A stretch of DNA of 64,000 bases from positions 11,914-75,913 of the forward strand of contig JARFUG010000005.1 of NCBI GenBank assembly GCA_029289095.1. Reading direction: 5' to 3'. Under the pieces are notes generated by a model. It did no database searches. It saw only the letters and a program-made list of their open reading frames with translations, and had not been told where the DNA came from. The stretch comes from Desulfuromonadales bacterium (GTDB taxonomy: Bacteria; Desulfobacterota; Desulfuromonadia; Desulfuromonadales; JACZKF01). Below, piece by piece: positions 19,855 to 28,075 of this stretch. The translations under genes were made by a program, and so were the position numbers. The number at the start of each line of letters is the position of its first letter. Position 1 is the stretch's first letter.

Positions 19855-21048
19855 ATGAATATTCCCCCACAGGAAAACACCTATTCGCTGGCCCACAGCG
19901 CCGAGGGGTACGTCGTCATCGATTCGCTGCGGTGGGGAACGAGTGCCGGGGGGGTGAGGATATCGGGGGACATGACCCTGGCCGAGGTGCGGGCTCTCGC
20001 GCGGGAGATGAGCTGCAAGTTCGGATTCTTCGACCTTCCGCGCGGCGGGGCCAAGAGCGGCATCCGCATGCCGGGAGTTCTCGGTGTCAAGGAGCGGCGG
20101 GACGTTCTCGAGGACTTTGGGAGCAGGCTCAAACCGCTCATCGTCTCGGGGCGATACTACCCCGGGATGGACATGAACTGCGGCCCCGGCGATCTGCAGG
20201 CGATCTATCGCGGGGCCGGCCAAGAGGTCGACGGTTTTACCGACACCTCCTTCTACACCTCCTTATCGGTCGCGCACGCCCTGATGGCGTGCCGCCGGAT
20301 ATCGTTTCCACCCGATCGCCCCCTCACCCTGGCGGTGGAGGGGTTCGGAAGGGTCGGCGCGCACCTCGCCCGCCGACTCCCCCCGCAAGCGTTTCGCATC
20401 ACGGCACTTTCGACTCTTGCCGGAGGGGTGAGCAGCGAGAGCGGATTCGACCCTGAAGACCTCGCACGTCTGCGCGACAAACACGGCGACTCCCTGGTGG
20501 AGCATCTTCCGGGAAAGAGGATCGAGAAGCGCGAGATCCTGAGCTCTTTGGTCGATATCCTCGTCCCTTCGGCGCGCACCTGGAGTATCGACATCGAAAC
20601 CGCCTCGAAGCTTCGCGCCGCCTGCGTCGTGCCGGTCGCCAACGTCCCCTACGCCGAAGGGGTCTCCGAACTCCTACATCGGCGGGGAGTCCTCTGCCTT
20701 CCGGGGTTCGTCTGCAATGGGGGTGGGGTCTTCGCCTCGTCCCTGGCCGACAGCGCGGTGGAGGGGGAGCGCATCGAGGCGATCTGTCGGGACTTCTATC
20801 AGCCGATGGTCGAAGAGCTGATCCGACGCAGTCGCTCCCTTGGCATCTCGCCCGTCGAACTTGCGCAGCAGGTTGCCTTGCGGCGACTCGAAAGAGGGGA
20901 AGGGGGGAGGGTCGGTCCCATTCTGAAGCGGGTCTATCGCCGCGGGTTGTTCCCGCCGCAGCTCTACGGGTATTTGGTGCAACACCTCTTCGGGCGCAAT
21001 CTGACGGCCCTCGAGAGAATGATTCGGGGTCAACCCGTGAAGGGATAG
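19855..21048 (+). CDS. Glu/Leu/Phe/Val amino-acid dehydrogenase family protein
   Basis: 397 aa. SAGGVRI...LPRGGAKSGI (substrate/Lys region), NAD fold VEGFGRVGAHLARRL, and VPVANVPY. Confidence 0.65.
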   Translation: MNIPPQENTYSLAHSAEGYVVIDSLRWGTSAGGVRISGDMTLAEVRALAREMSCKFGFFDLPRGGAKSGIRMPGVLGVKERRDVLEDFGSRLKPLIVSGRYYPGMDMNCGPGDLQAIYRGAGQEVDGFTDTSFYTSLSVAHALMACRRISFPPDRPLTLAVEGFGRVGAHLARRLPPQAFRITALSTLAGGVSSESGFDPEDLARLRDKHGDSLVEHLPGKRIEKREILSSLVDILVPSARTWSIDIETASKLRAACVVPVANVPYAEGVSELLHRRGVLCLPGFVCNGGGVFASSLADSAVEGERIEAICRDFYQPMVEELIRRSRSLGISPVELAQQVALRRLERGEGGRVGPILKRVYRRGLFPPQLYGYLVQHLFGRNLTALERMIRGQPVKG

Positions 21049-21051
21049 ACG

Positions 21052-22332
21052 ATGATTTACCTCGTAGCGATCTACATGTTCTTCTTCATTTTCCGTCCTT
21101 TCGAGTACTGGCCGATCCTGGGGGAATACCGCATCGAGCGGGTCTACATGCTTTTTTTGCTGAGCGCTCTGTGTTTCTGGCAGGGGAAAAAGTATTTCCC
21201 CCACACGATCAACCGGCTGGTCCTCCTCTTCTTTGCCGTCATGGCCGCCTCGACAGCGTGGGCGCTGCACGTCGACGTCGCCTATGAGGCCACCTTCGAG
21301 TTCTTCAAGCTCATGGTCTTCTTCTTCGTTCTCGTGCTGACGTTGCGGGACGAAAGGGACCTCAAGTTCTTCATCCTGGCGTACCTGGGGATCATGAGCA
21401 TCTATGTGGGGAAATCGGCGTGGGAGTTCTTCGTCCATGACCGCCACGTTTTTCGCATGGGAATCCGCAGGATGGTAGGGGTCGACACCACCTACGGCGA
21501 TCCCAACTCCTTTGCCGCCTCCATCGCCTACAGCCTGCCGTTCCTCTGGGCGATGCTGCGTCTTTACTGGCGGGACAACCCGTGGATACGCACAGCTCTC
21601 ATCGGCTACGGCGTGCTCGCTGCGGTTGCCGTCGTCTTTACCGGGTCGCGCAGCGGCATGCTCATCTGCCTTCTCTTCCTGGTGCTGGCCTGGTGGGAAT
21701 CGGCCAGGAGATTCGCGGGACTCATTGTCCTGGCGGGGGCTCTCGTCCTGGGCTGGCATTACACCCCGGAAGATCTCAAGTACCGGTTTCTCTCCACCTT
21801 CTACAAAGGGGTCGCTCCGGCGGCGGCCGCCGCCGACACCTCTGCAGAGGGGCGGCTGGACGGTCTTTTTCACGGGATACAAATTTTTTTCGAGAATCCT
21901 GTGATGGGCGTCGGTCCCGGCAACTTCCCTTATACGTGGGAGAGAGCCATGAGCTCGCACAATCTGTACGGGCAGCTTCTCGGCGAACTCGGCGCCGTCG
22001 GCTTCATCGCCTTTTTCCTGCTGGTCTGGACGATCTACCGCACGCATCGGCGCAACCGCCTGCGCATCGACGAACTGCAGGGCGGGGATTCCATGGCGGG
22101 CTACGACCCGGGCTTGCGGCTCATGCGCCTGCTCTCGGTCGCCTCGGTGCAGACCCTCATCCTCCTTCTGTTCAACGGCAACTTCGGCCACAACCTTTAC
22201 CGCTACAACTGGCTCTGGATCGGCGTCATCGCCATCGTGACGGCGCATGTGCTGGGAGGCAGAATTCAGAATCCAGGAGCCAGGAGCCGAAAGCTGTATC
22301 CAGGAGCCAGGAGCCAGAATTCCGAAACCTGA
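21052..22332 (+). CDS. O-antigen ligase/polymerase-like membrane protein (Wzy-type, exosortase-locus type)
   Basis: 426 aa, about 10 TM segments. FTGSRSGMLICLLFLVLAWW Wzy_C-like loop. HNLYGQLLGELG. C-terminal ~24 aa (IQNPGARSRKLYPGARSQNSET) encoded by heptamer arrays. Confidence 0.8.
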   Translation: MIYLVAIYMFFFIFRPFEYWPILGEYRIERVYMLFLLSALCFWQGKKYFPHTINRLVLLFFAVMAASTAWALHVDVAYEATFEFFKLMVFFFVLVLTLRDERDLKFFILAYLGIMSIYVGKSAWEFFVHDRHVFRMGIRRMVGVDTTYGDPNSFAASIAYSLPFLWAMLRLYWRDNPWIRTALIGYGVLAAVAVVFTGSRSGMLICLLFLVLAWWESARRFAGLIVLAGALVLGWHYTPEDLKYRFLSTFYKGVAPAAAAADTSAEGRLDGLFHGIQIFFENPVMGVGPGNFPYTWERAMSSHNLYGQLLGELGAVGFIAFFLLVWTIYRTHRRNRLRIDELQGGDSMAGYDPGLRLMRLLSVASVQTLILLLFNGNFGHNLYRYNWLWIGVIAIVTAHVLGGRIQNPGARSRKLYPGARSQNSET

Positions 22333-22351
22333 AACCTGAAACCTGAAACCT
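22273..22351. repeat. heptamer arrays CCAGGAG (x2, x2.5) and GAAACCT x4
   Basis: CCAGGAG at 22273, 22280, 22300 and 22307. CCAGAAT at 22314. GAAACCT at 22324, 22331, 22338 and 22345, giving TGA in all three frames (22330, 22337, 22344). Confidence 0.95.
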
Positions 22352-22365
22352 TATCGGAGTTCTTC

Positions 22366-23667
22366 ATGCAGATACTTGCGATCCTCTACATCTACCCCCC
22401 GCTCCTTTTCCCGGCCACCATGCGCAATCTCAAGGTGGTCAAGGGGCTTTCGGAGTGCGGCGCAGGCGTCGAGGTGGTGAGTGTCGATCCTGAGAGTTTC
22501 GTCTTTTCCGGGCATCACATCGACCCTGCACTGGAGGAACTCGCCCCGCCTTCAATCGTCAATCACCGGATCCGATCGTGGGAGGTTCATCCCCTGGTGA
22601 AGGGGCTCAAGGCCTTTGCCTTCACCCGCTCCCTTCTCTACCGGCTCTTCGAGCCGCGCAAGAAGGAGTGGACCTATTCAGCGCTACGATATCTTAAAAA
22701 GCTCGGCTCAGATCGGTTCGACCTGATCCTGAGTTGCTCGCAGCCCCACTGCAACCATCTGCTCGGCTACAGGCTCAAGCAGATGACGGGAAAACCATGG
22801 GTCGCCTATTTCAGCGACCCATGGACCGACAACGTCTATGCCGATTACAGCGATGAAAAGATCCGGCGCTACCATCTCGAGCTCGAAAAACGAGTCCTTC
22901 ACGGCGCCGATCGGATCTGCTTCACCTGCAAAGAAGCGGCCGATCTGGTGCTTCGGAAGCACCCGCCGGCGTTTGCCCGCAAATGCGTCATCCTCCCCCA
23001 CAGCTTCGTGCCGCAATGGTACGGGCTGCGTCCGGCCTGCGCAGCGGCGCCGGAGAAGATCCGCATCGTTCAGACCGGGCATTTCTATGGCCCCCGCACC
23101 CCCATGCCGCTCTTCGAGGCGTTGGCCGAAGCGGCGAAGAGGCGCCCCCTCGAAGAGCGGCTGGAGTTTCATTTCTACGGGAGCATGGATGACAGATACC
23201 ACAAATACATGCGGGAACACGGACTCGATCGTTTCGTGCACCTCAAGGGGACCGTCCCCTACCTGCAGAGCCTGTCCGTGCTCAAAGACGCCGATTTTCT
23301 CCTCCTCATCGACGCTCCCCTGACGGATCAGGCCGAGAGCGCCTTTCTCCCCTCCAAGCTCATCGATTATTTCGGGAGCGGGAAACCGGTCCTCGGCATC
23401 ACTCCGGCCGCCGGGACGAGCGCGCGGGTGCTGCGCGAGACGGGGAATCTGGTGTGCGACGTCGCCGACAAGACAGCCATCATGCAGATGCTCGAAAAAC
23501 TCGCCGAGGGCTCTCTCGATATCGATCCCGACACAGAGGCTCTCGGACGCTACGAAAACACCGAAGTCTCTCGGCGCTTCTACGCCGACCTGCAACATCT
23601 GGTACTTACCGATCCTCTCCCCCTCCTGGATCAGGAGGGGAGTGAAACCAGTGGCTGCCGCAGATGA
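22366..23667 (+). CDS. GT-B fold glycosyltransferase (GT4-like, divergent)
   Basis: 433 aa. Two-Rossmann layout. YFSDPWTDN, IVQTGHFYG and FLPSKLIDYFGSGKPVLG motifs. Similar architecture to 50307-51683. Confidence 0.6.
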   Translation: MQILAILYIYPPLLFPATMRNLKVVKGLSECGAGVEVVSVDPESFVFSGHHIDPALEELAPPSIVNHRIRSWEVHPLVKGLKAFAFTRSLLYRLFEPRKKEWTYSALRYLKKLGSDRFDLILSCSQPHCNHLLGYRLKQMTGKPWVAYFSDPWTDNVYADYSDEKIRRYHLELEKRVLHGADRICFTCKEAADLVLRKHPPAFARKCVILPHSFVPQWYGLRPACAAAPEKIRIVQTGHFYGPRTPMPLFEALAEAAKRRPLEERLEFHFYGSMDDRYHKYMREHGLDRFVHLKGTVPYLQSLSVLKDADFLLLIDAPLTDQAESAFLPSKLIDYFGSGKPVLGITPAAGTSARVLRETGNLVCDVADKTAIMQMLEKLAEGSLDIDPDTEALGRYENTEVSRRFYADLQHLVLTDPLPLLDQEGSETSGCRR

Positions 23668-23731
23668 ACGCAGATAAGCGCAGATGGACGAAGACCAGGT
23701 TTCCATCTGCGGAAATCTGTGCAATCTGCGG
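23659..23731. repeat. 10-nt periodic CGCAGAT array, three direct plus three inverted units
   Basis: CGCAGATGAA, CGCAGATAAG, CGCAGATGGA (23659-23688), then CCATCTGCGG, AAATCTGTGC, AATCTGCGG (23703-23731). The inner arms GCGCAGATGG/CCATCTGCG form a hairpin. The GT stop (23665-23667) lies in the first unit. Confidence 0.9.
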
Positions 23732-23745
23732 ATGAAAGATCTGGA

Positions 23746-25293
23746 ATGAAGATCAAGTCGGTCAACCGCCGCATCGCACTGAACGCCTCGACCAATTTCG
23801 TCCGGTTCGGGTCGCAGGTGGTCATCGTCTTCCTCATGACGCCCTTCATCATCGGAAGCGTGGGGGATGCGTCCTATGGGGTGTGGGTGGTGATCCTGTC
23901 GTTCGCCGGCTATGCGGCGATTCTCGAGTTCGGTGTTCACGAATCTCTGATCAAGCTCGTCTCCAAGTACGAGACGCTCGGCGACGCAGCAAAAATCAAC
24001 CAGGTCTTTTCCATCGCCTTTCTCTTCATGGCGTCTCTGGCGCTTCTCTCCTTCACTATACTGTTCTGGATCGTCCCCGGCGCCCTGCCGCGCCTTCTCG
24101 GAGAAGGAGCGGATCTGCAAACTGCCACGCTTCTGCTGAAAATCGTCGCCTTCGATGCGGTCCTGATGCTGATGAATTTCTCCTTCTCCGGCATGATCTA
24201 CGGTTTCCAGCTCTATCACATCAAGAACACCCTCGACATTTTCATCGGTCTGGTCAGCCCCCTGGTCGTCTACATCCTGATTCGCCTCGATTACGGGGTC
24301 CTCTCGCTGGCGTACGGCACGATTCTCTTCAATGCGCTCAACCTGCTCATCTTCTCCAGCCTGTGCAAGTACCACTTTCGCCCCCTGCGCCTTGTCTACG
24401 GCAGCGGCAGCTTCACCGCTGTGCGGGAAATCCTTGCCGTCAGCTCGCGCCTTTTCACCTCGGCCACTGCCCTCAGGCTCGCCCGCAATTCGCAGCCGCT
24501 GGTGATCGCCTGGTTTCTCCCCCCGGCCTGGAACGCCTTCTACGCCGTTCCGGCGCGTCTGGCCGATTACGGCAACGAACTGCTGTACGTCCTCTCGAGG
24601 GGGTTCATGCCGATCTTCAGCGAATACCACTCCCGCGGCGATCGCGCGGCGATTCGCGAGCTCTATTTTCGCTTCACGCGCTTCATCGTCGCCGGCTTCT
24701 TCCCCCTGATCCTCTCGCTGCTCGTTTTCGGGGAGAGCTTTCTGTCGATCTGGATGTCGGCGGAATACGCCGAAAAAGGGAAATGGGTTCTGCTGTTTCT
24801 GACCCTTTCGATCTTCGTGCAGAGCTGCCAGCCACTTTGGGCCAAACTTCTCATCGGTGTCGAGCGTCTGGGCGTGATTGTCTCCGTCAACGTCTCGGTC
24901 TCGATTCTCCAGATCGTCCTCGGGATCGTTCTGGTTGCGGCGTACGGGATCGACGGCATGGCGCTGAGCATTCTGTGCGCCATGTTCGTCAGTCAGTTCA
25001 TCTATTTCCGCTACGTCGCCCGTTATCTGGAGACGACTCCCTGGGATTACATTCGCGGCTGCCATGTCCGGGCGCTCCTCGCATCGGCGGTCTTCTTCGC
25101 GCTCATCTCTACACTCAGGGGAACGTTCCCTCCGCAGAGCTACTTCGCGATCCTCTGGCAGCTCGCTTTCGGTTTTGCCGTCTATATTCCCCTGGCCTGG
25201 TTCCTTGTGCTGAGCCGGAACGAGCGCCGCGTTCTCAACGAGAAGGTCGCCGGGCGTTTCGGAGCCGGAGCGGCCAAGGAGCTCGAGCCATGA
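23746..25293 (+). CDS. oligosaccharide-unit flippase (Wzx, MOP superfamily)
   Basis: Start at ATG 23746. About 12-14 TM helices. N-terminus NASTNFVRFGSQVVIVFLMTPFIIGSVGDASYGVW is typical of polysaccharide biosynthesis (Wzx) proteins. Confidence 0.8.
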   Translation: MKIKSVNRRIALNASTNFVRFGSQVVIVFLMTPFIIGSVGDASYGVWVVILSFAGYAAILEFGVHESLIKLVSKYETLGDAAKINQVFSIAFLFMASLALLSFTILFWIVPGALPRLLGEGADLQTATLLLKIVAFDAVLMLMNFSFSGMIYGFQLYHIKNTLDIFIGLVSPLVVYILIRLDYGVLSLAYGTILFNALNLLIFSSLCKYHFRPLRLVYGSGSFTAVREILAVSSRLFTSATALRLARNSQPLVIAWFLPPAWNAFYAVPARLADYGNELLYVLSRGFMPIFSEYHSRGDRAAIRELYFRFTRFIVAGFFPLILSLLVFGESFLSIWMSAEYAEKGKWVLLFLTLSIFVQSCQPLWAKLLIGVERLGVIVSVNVSVSILQIVLGIVLVAAYGIDGMALSILCAMFVSQFIYFRYVARYLETTPWDYIRGCHVRALLASAVFFALISTLRGTFPPQSYFAILWQLAFGFAVYIPLAWFLVLSRNERRVLNEKVAGRFGAGAAKELEP

Positions 25294-26930
25294 TGAGACC
25301 AACTTCCCTGATCGCCTTTGTTCTGCTCTTTCTCTGGACGGCGCCAGCCGCTGCGGGAGAGCGCCTAATAGACGGTCCGGCGATCCTCGACCAGGAAAAC
25401 GCCAGCTACCGGCTGACGGTCGATATCGAGGCGAACTCCACCCCCTTCGTCATCCGCGCTTCGGGGGTGACCCTCGATCTCGGCGGGCGCGCCATCACCG
25501 TGCGATGCCGCGAGGGGGAAGAGGGGGCGATCCACGCCGTCGCCGTCGAAGGGCATCATCTGAAACAGATCCGGATTCTGAACGGCTCCCTGAGCCAGCG
25601 CGGCCAGTGCCGCGAGAGCCATCCGGTCCATATGCCTTCCGGGGTGCACGGCGCCGAAATCGCCCACCTCGCCATCGACTACGAGTCGCCGGACGCCTCG
25701 GCCATTCGCATGCACTGGGGGGAGCATTCGCGCATCCATCACAACGTGATCGACGATCGCGGTCAGGTCGTTTCCAATCGTCACCAGGGGGTGGCGGCTA
25801 TCGATGCAGGGCGGGGGGAGGGGATGCGCATCCACGACAACACCATCCGTCGCACCCGGCATATCGGGATTCGGACGGCGGAAGGGGCCGAAATCCGCAA
25901 CAACGCGGTGCATATCGACAGCGTCGCCACGAACTCGACGGGGATCTTCGCCGCAGGAGGCGTCGTGGCGCACAACCGGGTGACGGGGGAGGGGGTTCAC
26001 CCCATCGGCATCTGGCCGGGAAACGATATCCGGGTCTTCGGGAACTACGTCCGGGTGGGAAACACCCGCTTCGGCGAAGAGTACGGCAACACCGGCGCCG
26101 CCTGCCTGCGCATGACCTGGGGAAACGACGCCGTGGAGGTGACCGACAACATCTTCATTCTCGATGCCGAAGGGGCTGCAGCGGAACCGGATTTGGAAAG
26201 CTGGGGGAGGGCGCTTTGGGTGGGGCTCCCCGAGCCGGGCCAGAGAGCGCTCTTCGCCCGCAACCTCATCGTCGCCAGCAGCCGCGAAGGGCGCGCCAAA
26301 GCGGCCGCTATCGCCGTGGTGTGCGACAACGCCTCTTCAGGGCTCGTCTTTCTGGAGAACACCGTCATCAGCAACTGGGGGGCGGTGCTGCTCGCCGACG
26401 ATTACGGGCACGCTGACGGCTACGCGCGTTTTGTCGAGAACACCTTCGTGCGCCAGGGGGATTCTCCGGAGTTTCGCACTGTGCGCAGCGATTATCCCGA
26501 ATACCCGAGTACGGGGATCTTCATCGACAACCTCTGCCTGGGGGGCGCTTCCTGCACGGAGGCCGACCTGGAGTGGGGGGGGGCGGGTCTGAAGGAGGTC
26601 GGCTTCGGCCGCCGAGTCGTCTTTGTGCTGACGGACGCTTCGGGACGCCCCCTTGCCGATGTCTCCGTGGAGATCGTCGACGCAGAGAGTCTCTCTCGTT
26701 TCGAGGGGCGAACCGATGAGAACGGGGAGATTCCGGCAGAACTCGTCGATTACTTTCTCACCAACCAGGTCGCGATGCTCATGGCATCCGGCGAGAGGGA
26801 ATTCCCGGTGCGCCGCCGCGCAACGTCCGCCCTCACGATGCGTCGGGGAGAAATGGAAAGCCGAAAATCCGTCCACACCGGAACGGAAGAGCTGCCGCGC
26901 ACGATCCGGTTAAAATTCGTCGTCGATTAG
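25290..26930 (+). CDS. secreted right-handed beta-helix (PbH1/CASH-like) protein, paralog 1
   Basis: ATGA overlap with wzx (25290-25293). Signal peptide MMRPTSLIAFVLLFLWTAPAAAG. Repeated xNxI/V beta-helix rungs (HHNVIDD, IHDNTI, IRNNAV, AHNRV, FGNYV, TDNIF). C-terminal CarboxypepD_reg-like beta-sandwich (VVFVLTDASGRPLADVSVEIVD...TDENGEI). Shares blocks with 28076 and 30316. Confidence 0.7.
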   Translation: MMRPTSLIAFVLLFLWTAPAAAGERLIDGPAILDQENASYRLTVDIEANSTPFVIRASGVTLDLGGRAITVRCREGEEGAIHAVAVEGHHLKQIRILNGSLSQRGQCRESHPVHMPSGVHGAEIAHLAIDYESPDASAIRMHWGEHSRIHHNVIDDRGQVVSNRHQGVAAIDAGRGEGMRIHDNTIRRTRHIGIRTAEGAEIRNNAVHIDSVATNSTGIFAAGGVVAHNRVTGEGVHPIGIWPGNDIRVFGNYVRVGNTRFGEEYGNTGAACLRMTWGNDAVEVTDNIFILDAEGAAAEPDLESWGRALWVGLPEPGQRALFARNLIVASSREGRAKAAAIAVVCDNASSGLVFLENTVISNWGAVLLADDYGHADGYARFVENTFVRQGDSPEFRTVRSDYPEYPSTGIFIDNLCLGGASCTEADLEWGGAGLKEVGFGRRVVFVLTDASGRPLADVSVEIVDAESLSRFEGRTDENGEIPAELVDYFLTNQVAMLMASGEREFPVRRRATSALTMRRGEMESRKSVHTGTEELPRTIRLKFVVD

Positions 26931-26992
26931 TGCAACCCGTACGGCGCAGGCGAACGCCACTGACGACATTGAGCACGAGATATCGAGACCAA

Positions 26993-27697
26993 ATGAAACT
27001 TTCCGAACTGAGAAGAAAGGTGCTGACGATAGAGAAGGTTGTTTTCTACTCTCTCGATTTGCGGCAGTGGCAGACGCCGTCTTTGCCCCGAATGCGGCTG
27101 CCGGTCAGATTTGCCTTCGGGAGAGAAGAAGACATCGAATGCATGGCGGCCGACGACAGACTCAATCTCGGAGGGCGCAGCGATTTCTATCTGCAGAAGC
27201 TGCAGATGGGACACAAGCTGCTGCTCGGAACACGGAACGAGGAGATCCTCTTTTATCTCTGGGTCGTTTCGGGGGAGAAGATCCTGATGAACAAAGTGTT
27301 GGCGCTCGAGCCGCAGCAGATCGCCATCGAGAGGGCCTTCGTCCGCAAGGACGTGCGCGGACACGGCCTCTTCGTCCACGGTCTCAATTACCTTCTCCCA
27401 CTGGAAAAGGAGGAGGGAGCGGCGAACTGCCTGACGGAGGTGAGCTGCAAGAACAGGCCGATGACCCACACCGTGCTGAAATACGGTTTCGAGCGCCTCG
27501 ACTCCTCCTACTACTGGATCTCCCATCCGCTGCGTCATCACGCCATCGTCCTCGGTCCGCTGCGAAAGCGCAGCCGCCCCAACACCATCATCTCGCCGAT
27601 GGCAGGCGCGCAGGGGAGGTATCTATGGAAGGCAGAAGCCAGAAGCCAGAAGCCAGGAGCCAGGAGCCAGGAGCCAGGAGTAAGGAATAAGGAATAA
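26993..27697 (+). CDS. small GNAT-like N-acetyltransferase (tentative)
   Basis: Start at ATG 26993. ERAFVRKDVRGHGLFVHGLNYL resembles GNAT motif A (R-x-x-G-x-G/A). The C-terminal ~20 aa are encoded by heptamer arrays, and the stop is the third TAA of TAAGGAA x3. Confidence 0.45.
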   Translation: MKLSELRRKVLTIEKVVFYSLDLRQWQTPSLPRMRLPVRFAFGREEDIECMAADDRLNLGGRSDFYLQKLQMGHKLLLGTRNEEILFYLWVVSGEKILMNKVLALEPQQIAIERAFVRKDVRGHGLFVHGLNYLLPLEKEEGAANCLTEVSCKNRPMTHTVLKYGFERLDSSYYWISHPLRHHAIVLGPLRKRSRPNTIISPMAGAQGRYLWKAEARSQKPGARSQEPGVRNKE

Positions 27698-27876
27698 GGA
27701 CCAGGAGCCAGGAGTCAGGAGCCAGGAGCCAGAGCCGGCTCGTTCTTTTCCGTTTAACTCGCCCTCCTCCCTCCTCCCTTCTTGGCCCTTCGTCCTCTGT
27801 CCTCTGTCCTCCGTCCTCCGTCCTCCGTCCTCCGTCCTCCGTCCTCTCCAACTCCCAACTCCCAGCTCCCAACTCC
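27632..27876. repeat. largest heptamer-repeat block: ~15 sense units then ~12 antisense-type units
   Basis: 27632-27735: GCAGAAG, CCAGAAG x2, CCAGGAG x4, TAAGGAA x3, CCAGGAG x2, TCAGGAG, CCAGGAG, CCAGAGC. 27793-27876: TCCTCTG x2, TCCTCCG x5, TCCTCTC, CAACTCC x2, CAGCTCC, CAACTCC. Confidence 0.95.
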
Positions 27877-27989
27877 CGCCATATCACCACAGCCTCCGAC
27901 ACAAATGGTCAACGCCTTCGCTCGAGGGTGTGAACTTTCGTTCTCCTGGCTTTTAAGATAAGTGACTGAAATTGCGTAGAAAACAAAGT

Positions 27990-28005
27990 TGGTACATGCA
28001 TTGCT
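27990..28005 (+). promoter_or_regulatory. sigma-54 (-24/-12) promoter candidate for beta-helix lipoprotein paralog 2
   Basis: TGGTAC-ATGCA-TTGCT against the consensus TGGCAC-N5-TTGCW, with exact GG-N10-GC spacing. Lies 71 nt upstream of ATG 28076. Confidence 0.6.
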
Positions 28006-28075
28006 CCTTTGAGCTCCCGGCCGACGCATAAGCCGTCGGAACCGGGCTTTTCAAATGAACAAGGAGATCACGAGA

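Noticed and set aside
23883-25289. The N-terminal 469 codons of the 1015-aa + strand ORF 23883-26930.
   Set aside because: This part overlaps the Wzx flippase gene out of frame and is Arg/Pro-rich with no motifs. A signal peptide and an ATGA overlap with the wzx stop mark the real start at 25290.
27632-27876. Heptamer arrays considered as a CRISPR array.
   Set aside because: The unit length is 7 nt with no spacers, there are no cas genes, and the repeats are contiguous. This is not CRISPR architecture.
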